From contig JALQWO010000003.1 in NCBI GenBank assembly GCA_023258655.1, positions 2,659-35,344 of the forward strand: a stretch of 32,686 nucleotides of DNA. Direction: 5' to 3'. Under the pieces are notes generated by a model. That model did no database searches and was not told where the DNA came from. It worked only from the letters and a program-made list of their open reading frames with translations. Source of the stretch: Bacteroidia bacterium (GTDB lineage: Bacteria > Bacteroidota > Bacteroidia > NS11-12g > UBA955). Of the stretch, positions 17,734-26,796 are shown one piece after another. Each line of letters starts with the position of its first letter. Positions within the stretch are counted from its first letter, which is position 1. Both the position numbers and the translations under genes were made by a program.

Positions 17734-19779
17734 TTAATACTTACCCAAATAACGACGGATCGACCATTCCGCACCCAACAGCACGACAATGGCCAACATC
17801 CACCCCCACAAATCCCACCAATGCACATTGTGTGATTGAGATTTCATCACCGGCTTCGCCAAAACGGTTCTCGCCAAAACGGTAGACAACGAATCACCAT
17901 TCCTGAGGGGTAAAAAAGCACCCGATGATTGATCCGCCAGCTGTTTCAACAATTTGTGATTGGCTTGTGTACTCAATATTTCCGCAGGCTGATCCACTAT
18001 GGCAAAGGGCAATTCCGTTTTGAATTTACCTCCCATCGATTGTGCTTGCAAAATATATCTTCCCGCATTTAACCCCGCCAAACTCGCCATCCAACCCTGT
18101 TCTCCTCGCGCAAGATTCACACTCCGCGACCTTCCTTTTTCATCCACCAATTTCAACTGTCGCTCCGCGTCATCATCCATCATACCACTTTTGTCTCTAC
18201 AAACCACCCGCGCATATACCCGATCACGCAAGTCCCATGTGTTGGTAGACAATACAATTTCCAGGGGTTTTTTCGCCGCTGCCGCAGAGGAAATCAATCC
18301 TATCGTTCTTCGCACCCAAGCATCAAAGGCCAAAGCATCGCCATACTGAGACTTTTCTTGCATCCGCCAACGCCAAATTCCTTCTCCATAAAATTGCGCC
18401 ATGGCCGCCGATTCCTTGCGCCAATACACCAACAAAGGCAATTGCGTATTCACACCACTCCAACGCTGATACAACAGGGCTTCACCACCTGCAGGCACCC
18501 ACTGTTTCGACACAGGTGCATAGACAGGGGGAAAACCCAGCCATCGAGCCGATTCCTTTTCATCCAACCCCCAAATGGCTTCATTGTTGTTCCAATGGGG
18601 CTGAACCTCCTGCCAGTTTCTGAGCGATACCGTCTCACCTGACTGTCCCAAAGCCTTTCCCAATCCTGAAACATTCTGTCCATCAGTAGAAAAAATCCAA
18701 ATGGCCTTCCCCGCCACAATCCAATCTGACAGTTTTTTCAGTTCTTGTTGCGATTGAAATTTCCAACCATGAAGCACAAATACATCGGCATCTTCCATGC
18801 TTTGCGACCGGGACAATGATTCCACCAAGAATTGACCGCCCATCTCCAAGGCTATTTTCATGGCGGCAATGTCGGGGTGTGGAGCCCCGTAAATCAGGGC
18901 AACCTTTTTTCGTTCGTCTATTACTTTGATGTATTTGGCGCGCTGATTATTGATGCTATTTTGATCACCTTTGGCCCCAATCACTGAAATCGAAATGGGC
19001 ATCATCCCCTTGGATGTTGGTCGTATTTCAAAAGCCATGCGTTTCCAATCTTGTTCGCTGCTGGGCGACCATAACTGTTCCCTTACTTCTTTACCTGCAA
19101 CCAATTGAATCCTCAATGGCTGTCCTTTTAATCGTTGGCTTTTCACAGAAACTTCCACAGAAAATGTGTTCCCCAGAAATGCTTCATCATTGCATTGCAC
19201 AGATTCAATGGACGCATCGATTTGTGGCTGTGGATCTCCTGCGCCAACCAAAATCAATGGTATTCCCGAGGCCACAGGTTCAAATTGGGGATTTCTGCCT
19301 TCGTTGTTAATACCATCCGACAGCCAAACCACCCCCGCAACCGCCGTATTGGCCGCAATCCCGTTTGCGTGCTGAAGCACGGCAGACATATTCGTATGGT
19401 ACACATCCAACCCTTGCAACGGCCCACCCATCAACACCTTATCGGCAAATTGATATTCCTGCACTTTCACACCTTTGGTCCTTCTCACCCCCTCCAGCAC
19501 TTCTGACCACCGTTGCTTCTCAGACTCAGAAACCGATTTGCTCACATCGCTATAAACCAACAACACCGGATCTTGTACCCACTGCCGAACACGAATCCAC
19601 CAAGGATTGAAAAACAACAAAATCAACAAGAACATCGCAACGAAACGACAAGCAGCAGCCCAAATCCAAGGGGACTTCCATCCGCCCTGAGCACGAATAT
19701 TCCTGAAGTAATGAAACACTGCCAACAAGGCAGACACTAAGAATGCGATTACCCAACCTAAAACTGGAACGCCGAGCAT
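17734..19779 (-). CDS. vWA-domain membrane protein (N-terminal double TM, MIDAS motif, C-terminal TM anchor; BatA/BatB-like architecture)
   Basis: 681 aa with two N-terminal TM helices. The beta-strand plus DxSxS is PVLLVYSDVSKSV (D78). VVWLSDGINNEG supplies the S/T-DG motif. The C-terminal anchor is WWDLWGWMLAIVVLLGAEWSIRRYLGKY. Confidence 0.75.
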   Translation of the reverse strand: MLGVPVLGWVIAFLVSALLAVFHYFRNIRAQGGWKSPWIWAAACRFVAMFLLILLFFNPWWIRVRQWVQDPVLLVYSDVSKSVSESEKQRWSEVLEGVRRTKGVKVQEYQFADKVLMGGPLQGLDVYHTNMSAVLQHANGIAANTAVAGVVWLSDGINNEGRNPQFEPVASGIPLILVGAGDPQPQIDASIESVQCNDEAFLGNTFSVEVSVKSQRLKGQPLRIQLVAGKEVREQLWSPSSEQDWKRMAFEIRPTSKGMMPISISVIGAKGDQNSINNQRAKYIKVIDERKKVALIYGAPHPDIAAMKIALEMGGQFLVESLSRSQSMEDADVFVLHGWKFQSQQELKKLSDWIVAGKAIWIFSTDGQNVSGLGKALGQSGETVSLRNWQEVQPHWNNNEAIWGLDEKESARWLGFPPVYAPVSKQWVPAGGEALLYQRWSGVNTQLPLLVYWRKESAAMAQFYGEGIWRWRMQEKSQYGDALAFDAWVRRTIGLISSAAAAKKPLEIVLSTNTWDLRDRVYARVVCRDKSGMMDDDAERQLKLVDEKGRSRSVNLARGEQGWMASLAGLNAGRYILQAQSMGGKFKTELPFAIVDQPAEILSTQANHKLLKQLADQSSGAFLPLRNGDSLSTVLARTVLAKPVMKSQSHNVHWWDLWGWMLAIVVLLGAEWSIRRYLGKY

Positions 19780-19801
19780 GGTATCTCCAGTAAATTGGGG
19801 C

Positions 19802-20482
19802 TTATTGACGCACGAAGCCTACGCGGCTTATACCCTTTGGCGTTTCAAGCAACAAAGAGTAAACCCCGGCCGACAAATCGGAGACATCCAAACGGCCTTC
19901 GGTAATTGTAACGGCCTTTACAACAGCGCCTTTGGCATCCAACAATTGGGCTTGACTTGACTCAACACCCAATACCTGCAACACATCCTTCACAGGGTTG
20001 GGATAAACCGTAGCCATCTCCACCATCCATGATTGGGTATTCGCACCCCAACGGATATAAATATTCCAAGTAATGGTATCCCGATCTGTGGGATTATCAA
20101 AATCCCAAATGGCGTATTTCACCACCGCCGTATCCGCCTTCCCGTTGGGGAAAACCGTAATTTTCAATGATGCCTCCGCATTGGGAGCCACCTTTGACAT
20201 GGTATCATTGTTCAAAAATGTGGCATAACAGTTACGATTGTCGCAAAAAGAAACATCCCAAGCCGAGGGATAATCAATGCTCACCTTTTCATAAGCAAAA
20301 ATGATGGCCGTTTTCTTCAAATTTTTGAAATGAATTGGACAATCAACAGGCTGGGTGGCATCTGGATAAAACGTGTGCTCTGCCTTTCCGTTTTCCAACT
20401 CAAAACCTTGGGCTTTTGCTACTCCAATGCCGGCAAACAACATCGCCAACACAACCAAACTGCGATTTATCGTACGTTTCAT
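19802..20482 (-). CDS. Small secreted protein with a type A T9SS C-terminal sorting domain (Por_Secre_tail); N-terminal domain of unknown function
   Basis: The start at 20482 gives the signal peptide MKRTINRSLVVLAMLFAGIGVAKAQ. The C-terminus is VYPNPVKDVLQVLG...LLDAKGAVV...LDVSDLSAGVYSLLLETPKG. A perfect TATTTTTG box lies between this ATG and the tracked upstream ATG at 20500. Confidence 0.85.
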   Translation of the reverse strand: MKRTINRSLVVLAMLFAGIGVAKAQGFELENGKAEHTFYPDATQPVDCPIHFKNLKKTAIIFAYEKVSIDYPSAWDVSFCDNRNCYATFLNNDTMSKVAPNAEASLKITVFPNGKADTAVVKYAIWDFDNPTDRDTITWNIYIRWGANTQSWMVEMATVYPNPVKDVLQVLGVESSQAQLLDAKGAVVKAVTITEGRLDVSDLSAGVYSLLLETPKGISRVGFVRQ

Positions 20483-20487
20483 GATAG

Positions 20488-20495
20488 CAAAAATA
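20488..20495 (-). promoter_or_regulatory. -7 promoter box TATTTTTG upstream of the type A T9SS cargo gene
   Basis: Perfect TAnnTTTG on the minus strand, followed by the spacer CTATC (5 nt) and then the ATG at 20482. Confidence 0.5.
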
Positions 20496-20517
20496 CACAA
20501 AAGTCAGCACAAGGCGA

Positions 20518-21234
20518 TTACAAATGGGCAAAGGCCATCAAATCATCAACCACACCGCCATACAACGCATGCGATTCTTCGCGATGTACTTGTCCTCTGC
20601 GATACCAATAAGTAAAGATCCCCGCTTGCAATCCACCCACAACATCTGTATCCCAAGTATCTCCCAAATAAACAGCTTGATTTGCTTCGCAGCAGGCCAT
20701 CGACAATGCTTGGGTAAAAAATGCTTCCGAGGGCTTGGCCACCCCCAACGATTCCGATGTTACCATGAATTGTATCAGAGGCGCAATCCCCGAGCAGCGA
20801 ATTTTTGTTTGTTGTGTCGCCTCAAATCCATTAGTCAACAACGCAACATTGTATCGCTGGCTCATCACCTGCAAGGCCTCCAATGCTTGGGGCATCATTT
20901 GTGTCATGAGCGGACATATGTCCAAATATTCCTGCCAAACATTGGCGGGCTGAAGTGCAGCAGGCACCCCCATGGCATCAAAAGTGTCTGTAAAACGCGC
21001 CGTCCTTAACACCTCCTTGCTCACCTCACCGCGCTCATAGCGCTTCCAATATGCCGCATTCACATCTTGATACAACGCCACAAACTGATCTACATGGTAG
21101 TCCGAATGCAAATGCAAATTGTGTCTGCGATAGAGTTCTTTCAATGCCTCATTGGCATTGGCATCAAAGTCCCACAAGGTATTGTCAAGATCCAAAAAGA
21201 TCCATTCCACCGTTGAGGGAAAGGGTTTCATCAT
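20518..21234 (-). CDS. HAD-superfamily hydrolase (subfamily IA, YjjG-like nucleotidase type)
   Basis: HAD motif I is FLDLDNTLWDF, motif II is LLTNG and motif IV is YLGDTWDTDVVG. The start MMKPF at 21234/21231 sits directly after the adk stop (21236-21238). Confidence 0.85.
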   Translation of the reverse strand: MMKPFPSTVEWIFLDLDNTLWDFDANANEALKELYRRHNLHLHSDYHVDQFVALYQDVNAAYWKRYERGEVSKEVLRTARFTDTFDAMGVPAALQPANVWQEYLDICPLMTQMMPQALEALQVMSQRYNVALLTNGFEATQQTKIRCSGIAPLIQFMVTSESLGVAKPSEAFFTQALSMACCEANQAVYLGDTWDTDVVGGLQAGIFTYWYRRGQVHREESHALYGGVVDDLMAFAHL

Positions 21235-21235
21235 C

Positions 21236-21808
21236 TCAGAGTGAATCAATGTGGGCGCACAAAGCACCAAAAATATCTTCCACTTCGCCGATACCGTTCA
21301 CACCGTGGTATTTACCTTGTGATTGGTAGTAACCCTGCAACGGTAAGGTTTTGTTTTGATACTCCTGAAAACGGTTGCGAATGGTGGACTCGTCTTGATC
21401 ATCTGCCCGACCACTGCTTTGCCCACGCAACAGCAAACGCTTCACCAATTCATCCTCATCCACCTCCAAACCCAACACAATGGAAATCCCAGTCTGAAAC
21501 TCTTTCAACATCACATCCAGGGCATCCGCCTGGGGTGTGGTGCGAGGGAATCCGTCGAAAATAAACCCGCCGGCTTCGGGATGTGACAACATGAAATTCT
21601 TCACCATGCCAATAACAACAGTGTCTGGCACCAGCTCTCCCTTGGAAATATACTCATTGGCTTGATTGCCCAGCTCAGTACCGGCGCTGCGCTCTGCCCG
21701 CAATAAATCACCTGTTGAAATGTGCTGCAGTTGATATTTACTCAACAGTTTCTCGCTTTGGGTGCCTTTGCCCGCGCCCGGAGGGCCAAAAATGATCAAA
21801 TTCAGCAT
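21236..21808 (-). CDS. adk: Adenylate kinase
   Basis: The start at 21808 gives MLNLIIFGPPGAGKGTQ (P-loop). Also contains ISTGDLLR and FIFDGFPRT. This is the short-lid form. Confidence 0.95.
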   Translation of the reverse strand: MLNLIIFGPPGAGKGTQSEKLLSKYQLQHISTGDLLRAERSAGTELGNQANEYISKGELVPDTVVIGMVKNFMLSHPEAGGFIFDGFPRTTPQADALDVMLKEFQTGISIVLGLEVDEDELVKRLLLRGQSSGRADDQDESTIRNRFQEYQNKTLPLQGYYQSQGKYHGVNGIGEVEDIFGALCAHIDSL

Positions 21809-21864
21809 AATGTGTGGTCGCAAAGAAACGACATACCCCGAACTTCACCAACCTTGATTTTCTT

Positions 21865-21872
21865 TACCTTTG
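21865..21872 (+). promoter_or_regulatory. -7 promoter box TACCTTTG in front of the nonulosonic-acid operon
   Basis: Perfect TAnnTTTG, followed by the spacer AAAATC (6 nt) and the ATG at 21879. The tracked TTG start at 21870 lies inside the box. Confidence 0.5.
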
Positions 21873-21878
21873 AAAATC

Positions 21879-22619
21879 ATGTACGCGTTTATCCAAGCCC
21901 GTATGGGCTCTTCGCGATTGCCAGGCAAAATGTCTATGACCTTGCCCGATGGCAAAACCCTGCTCGAAGCGGTGATTGGTAGACTCGCGCCCCATGATGT
22001 AACACCCGTACTATTAACCACAAAGCAGCCGGCCGACGACGCCCTGGCATCCATGGCCGCACGCTACAACCTACCCGTATTCAGGGGTGATGAAGAGGAT
22101 GTTCTCAGTCGATTTGCCGAAGCCAGCGAAGTGTTCAACGTTCCAGAAAACGACTTCGTGTTGCGCATCTGTGCCGACAACCCCTACCTGAGTCATTACA
22201 TCATTGATCAAACCCTACGCACTTGCCAGCAATTGCCAGAAAATGACTACATCACTTTGGGCCACGGAGGCAAGCCAGGCATCAAACACCATACGGGTAT
22301 TTTTGTTGAAGCAGTCAAGCCAAAAGCGCTGAAAACACTCATGCCACTGCAAAACGACTGGTACAATGAGCATGTTACCATCGGGCTCTATGAAAACCCC
22401 AACAAATACAAGATTCTGATTCAAGAAATTCCAGCGGAATGGCACCCCGATTTTGAGAAAATTCGGTTAACCATTGATGACATAGATGATTGGAATTTTT
22501 GCCTAAAGACCTACCCTTCATTGGCTCCTCTCGACTTCCCTCAACAGCGAAAACTGCTGCTAAGTGAAAAAAGTTGGGTAACTTTGATGGAAAATCAAAT
22601 CAACAAATACCAGAAATAA
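21879..22619 (+). CDS. SpsF-type cytidylyltransferase (CTP_transf_3 family); candidate CMP-nonulosonate synthetase
   Basis: Contains MYAFIQARMGSSRLPGKM, RGDEEDVLSRF, ICADNPY and IRLTIDDIDDWNF, the pattern of SpsF-like acylneuraminate cytidylyltransferase-family proteins. It lies immediately upstream of the NeuB homolog, as in the B. subtilis spsE/spsF pairing. Confidence 0.8.
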   Translation: MYAFIQARMGSSRLPGKMSMTLPDGKTLLEAVIGRLAPHDVTPVLLTTKQPADDALASMAARYNLPVFRGDEEDVLSRFAEASEVFNVPENDFVLRICADNPYLSHYIIDQTLRTCQQLPENDYITLGHGGKPGIKHHTGIFVEAVKPKALKTLMPLQNDWYNEHVTIGLYENPNKYKILIQEIPAEWHPDFEKIRLTIDDIDDWNFCLKTYPSLAPLDFPQQRKLLLSEKSWVTLMENQINKYQK

Positions 22620-22622
22620 CGC

Positions 22623-23672
22623 ATGTCGCAACACCAGCATACTTATATCATCGGAGAAATCGGACAGAACCACAACGGATCCGTAGACATTGCCAAACTC
22701 ATCATCGATGCTGCGGCAAGACCCGTTCGCGACGACCTGTTCGATATGGACTTGCCTCGCATGGACGCCGTAAAACTCACCAAACGCGATTTGGCACAAG
22801 AATTATCGGCATCCCAAATGTCGCGCGAGTACAACTCTCCCCATTCCTTTGGCAAAACATATGGTGAACATCGCGCCAAATTGGAATTGAACGATGAACA
22901 ACATTTTGAATTATACCAATATGCAAAGTCCCATGGACTGGATTTTGTAGAGACGCTGTGTGCCATCGGATGCCTGAGCATGACCAAATATTTCATGCCA
23001 GACCGTCTCAAAGTAGCCAGTCGCGACCTAACCAATTTACCCTTACTCAGTGCATTGGCAGAAACCAAAATACCCATCATTTTATCAACAGGAATGGGCG
23101 GGTACAAGGAAATCGACGATGCGTTGGCAACGATCACGCGCTACCACAACCACATCTCCATTTTGCACTGCGTTTCCGAATACCCAACGCGACCCGAAAA
23201 CGCCAATCTCTTGTCGATCAAGGCATTGCAAAAGAAGTACCCTGAATACAGCGTAGGCTATTCTGACCATACTGTAGGCATCAGCGCGCCCGTTTCCGCC
23301 GTGGCCATGGGGGCAAAAATCATTGAAAAACACATCACTCTCGATCGTCGCATGAAGGGCACCGACCAAGCGGGATCCCTGGGTGTAGAGGGAATTCAAC
23401 GCATGGTGCGTGACATTCGATTGATTGAACGATCCATGGGTGTTGAAGATGTATTTATTGCCGATTCCACAGTGTCAGCCAAACACAAATTGGAGCGCTC
23501 CATTGCAACAAATCGAGAAATCAAAGCTGGCGAAATTATCCAAGCATCAGATTTACATTTATTGTCGCCCGGAGACGGTTTCAAGTGGCATGAAATAGAC
23601 AAAGTGGTTGGCAAAAAGGCATTGGCTCCTATTCCCGCCGATGAAATCATCTACCCACAACACATTTCTTAA
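22623..23672 (+). CDS. NeuB-family nonulosonate synthase with a C-terminal SAF domain; resembles the 9-phosphate-forming (NANS / KDN-9-P synthase) branch
   Basis: Contains IIGEIGQNHNGSVDIAK, YNSPHSFGKTYGEHRAKLELNDEQ, ILSTGM, GYSDHT, IEKHITLDRRMKGTDQAGSL and a SAF-like tail. Several of these resemble human NANS as I recall it (EIGQNHQG, SWGKTYGEHK, KGSDHSASL). Confidence 0.88.
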   Translation: MSQHQHTYIIGEIGQNHNGSVDIAKLIIDAAARPVRDDLFDMDLPRMDAVKLTKRDLAQELSASQMSREYNSPHSFGKTYGEHRAKLELNDEQHFELYQYAKSHGLDFVETLCAIGCLSMTKYFMPDRLKVASRDLTNLPLLSALAETKIPIILSTGMGGYKEIDDALATITRYHNHISILHCVSEYPTRPENANLLSIKALQKKYPEYSVGYSDHTVGISAPVSAVAMGAKIIEKHITLDRRMKGTDQAGSLGVEGIQRMVRDIRLIERSMGVEDVFIADSTVSAKHKLERSIATNREIKAGEIIQASDLHLLSPGDGFKWHEIDKVVGKKALAPIPADEIIYPQHIS

Positions 23673-23687
23673 TTCACTTTACAATAG

Positions 23688-24208
<521 letters not shown>

Positions 24209-24209
<1 letters not shown>

Positions 24210-25144
24210 TGCTGCAAAATTTGTTTCAATCGGCCCTCACAATAGGAAAAATCCTGGTCAAAAGCCAATTTGGCCTTCCCCAATTCCGTGCTCCTGAAAA
24301 ATCGGTGGTGGTTATCGCGAACGGGCCTTCTGCTCGATCTTTCATCGATCGGTGTGAGGAAGAGGGAATCGAATCGTTGAAACAAAAAGGATTGGCGTTT
24401 TTTGCCGTCAACAAATTCAGCTGTCAGCCCGAGTTTTTTCAGTTAAAACCCAAGTATTACCTCATGTTGGATATGTACTTCTTCGAATTCTCCAAAGAAG
24501 TATTCGAAAAGCCGTCCTTGCATCCCATCGCCCAATACAAACCCGATTTTGAAAAAACACAGCGGATGATCAATGAGACTTGGGAAGCCCTACAAAAAGT
24601 GGATTGGCCCATGGTTTTTTTCGTACCCCAACTGTATCGGAAAAGTTACATCGTTAACAACCTAAACAACCCAAATATCCAATTCGTCACATACAATTAT
24701 ACAGTAATCAAAGGTGCTGAAACATTCCGTAACCGCATGTATGATTGGCGTCTGGGTAGTCCACAGTGTGAAAACGTGGTGAATTCATGCATCTTCAACG
24801 CGATGCAAGCTGGATTTGAAAACATCTACATCACGGGGGTAGACCACGACTTCCACATCAACATCATGGTAGACTCAGACAACACCATCATCCGAACAGA
24901 GTCGCACTTTTATGCCGATGAAAACAAGAAACACCCCTTGTTGAAACAAGAACCCGATGGCACCACCGGCAAAATTCGATTGCATGAACTATTTCTTAGT
25001 TTGGTGAAGGTGCATACCGGTTATGATGAAACGGCCCGCTACGCCAAACACAGTCAGAAACGAGTTGTAAACCTCACCGAAGGGGGATACGTGGATGCCT
25101 TTGAACGAATGTCGCTGGGCGATTTCTTTCGTCAGTTTTCCTGA
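24209..25144 (+). CDS. Uncharacterised protein; candidate CMP-nonulosonate transferase (GT42 CstII-like or Maf/DUF115-like motifs)
   Basis: 311 aa. The start overlaps the previous stop (TAATG). VVVIANGPSARSF, FAVNKF and LKPKYYLMLD resemble the GNGPS...KPDY..D pattern of CstII and MptE-like/Maf proteins. GFENIYITGVDHDF resembles GYKEIYLSGIDFY of CstII. I am confident it is a real CDS. The function is inferred, at about 0.4. Confidence 0.8.
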
Positions 25145-25160
25145 AATCCTCCAACTATCA

Positions 25161-26669
25161 TCAATCTTTTAGCTTGAACCCCAAGGGCAACAGCATTTTC
25201 TTGACCATGCTGTAAACATCTTCGCTCAGTCTAAATCGCAGTATGACAAACAATGTTGACCCCATCAAAACCAGGGTTTTTAGGCTAGCGGCGAGAAGGA
25301 CGTGGGTTCCGCTTGACAGTACCCAACAGTGATTCAGCAGAAACACAAGACCAAAGAGTAACACGCTTAGAAGCACCCCACGGGTGATGGGCTGCATTCC
25401 ATAAACACCGTAAATGAGGATGGCCATGACGATGCCTGATGCCAGCCATACCCCCCCAGTGGCCAACGCCGCACCGTTGATACCGTAAATGGGAATCAGG
25501 TATTGATTGAGCAAAACCCCCACCACAATGGAAATACCATTGATCAACAACGACAAATAATACCGCTTAGAGAAAATCAACATCGCCGAAGAATTGCCTT
25601 GCAACAACACGCACAACTTGCCAATCCCCAGGTAAAAAACGGCCCACTTCCCTGTTTCATACAACTTCCCATTGGGCATGTAGTGGTAAAACACATCGAT
25701 ATTAATCCAAATCAAAAGGAGTGCAAGTGCCCCCAAGATAAACTGATTGAGACTGGTCTTTTGGTACAACCTTTCTATTTCTGCTCGATCGCCCACATGA
25801 ATGGCTTCCGACAATTTTGGATTGGCAATCTGAAGTATGCTACGGGTAGGTATTTCTATCAAGACAGCCATATTCACTGCGATGGCATAGATGCCTGTAT
25901 CCGCGGACCCTTTCATGGAACTTACCATCAAAAAGTCCATGCGTTGCAACACCAACATGGCCACATAGGTCAGAAACAAGTATCCGGTATATCGATAAAA
26001 CTCACTTTTGAGTCCTTCCTGCTCGCGAACAAACTGCATATCGGGCTTGAAACTGAGCGATGTTTTCCGCAAGAGATAAGACACATTGAGCAACATAACC
26101 ACCCCATAAACGGCCGAGATGGAATACATGGTTTGGTCAAAATCTACTACACCAATATAGTAACACCAGCCCAAGAGTCCCAGCAGGATGCGTACCACAT
26201 TCTCCCGCAAAAAGGAAGAATACACGATGTTGCCAAGTGCCGCCAAAAAAATCTCAAAAACCGTGTTGAAAACGAAGAAAAAGACAAATGGAATCAGCCA
26301 ATAATAATAAGGCAGAAAATCTGCACTGTTCTCAATGAGGTATGTCACCACCCATGGCTGTCCCCACAAAAGGAGCATGGTAACGAGCAAAAATCCCAAA
26401 ATGGGAATGACCAACAACCAGAATCCCGCTCCGTGATGCCCCCCATCATTCTTGAATCGAGGAAAGAACTTCCAAATTGAATATCCCGTACCCAATTGCG
26501 CCACACCAGCCAGCAAAGCCCCCATTTCTATAAACAGCCTAAAGACCCCATTTTCACTGGCAGTAAACACCAACGGAAAGAGATAAAATGTGGTAAATAA
26601 TCCCACAACACTTCCACTATAGTTAACAATGGAAGCCCAAAAACTATTCTTGGCAATTACCCCGGACAT
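25161..26669 (-). CDS. Wzx-like oligosaccharide flippase (MOP/polysaccharide biosynthesis protein family)
   Basis: About 502 aa with roughly 12-14 TM segments and a length and topology typical of Wzx. The start is ambiguous: GTG 26675, ATG 26672 or ATG 26669. I chose 26669 because the TACCTTTG box occupies 26675-26682. Confidence 0.8.
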   Translation of the reverse strand: MSGVIAKNSFWASIVNYSGSVVGLFTTFYLFPLVFTASENGVFRLFIEMGALLAGVAQLGTGYSIWKFFPRFKNDGGHHGAGFWLLVIPILGFLLVTMLLLWGQPWVVTYLIENSADFLPYYYWLIPFVFFFVFNTVFEIFLAALGNIVYSSFLRENVVRILLGLLGWCYYIGVVDFDQTMYSISAVYGVVMLLNVSYLLRKTSLSFKPDMQFVREQEGLKSEFYRYTGYLFLTYVAMLVLQRMDFLMVSSMKGSADTGIYAIAVNMAVLIEIPTRSILQIANPKLSEAIHVGDRAEIERLYQKTSLNQFILGALALLLIWINIDVFYHYMPNGKLYETGKWAVFYLGIGKLCVLLQGNSSAMLIFSKRYYLSLLINGISIVVGVLLNQYLIPIYGINGAALATGGVWLASGIVMAILIYGVYGMQPITRGVLLSVLLFGLVFLLNHCWVLSSGTHVLLAASLKTLVLMGSTLFVILRFRLSEDVYSMVKKMLLPLGFKLKD

Positions 26670-26674
26670 CATCA

Positions 26675-26682
26675 CAAAGGTA
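26675..26682 (-). promoter_or_regulatory. -7 promoter box TACCTTTG upstream of the flippase gene
   Basis: Perfect TAnnTTTG on the minus strand. The ATG at 26669 follows after 5 nt. Confidence 0.45.
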
Positions 26683-26796
26683 ATGTTGCTGTCAATACTT
26701 TCGCTTTTTAGACAAAATCAATCGCTGGGAAATTGGAATTGAGGGCGAAATGGTGTTAATTCGCTTTTCAACTATTTAGAACAATTAATAAACCCT

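Noticed and set aside
17219-17737. 172-aa plus-strand ORF
   Set aside because: It is antisense to mnmA, which is recognisable end to end. It is a shadow frame.
25503-26480. 325-aa plus-strand ORF
   Set aside because: It is antisense to the Wzx-like flippase and has no TM or domain features. It is a shadow frame of an AT-skewed membrane-protein gene.
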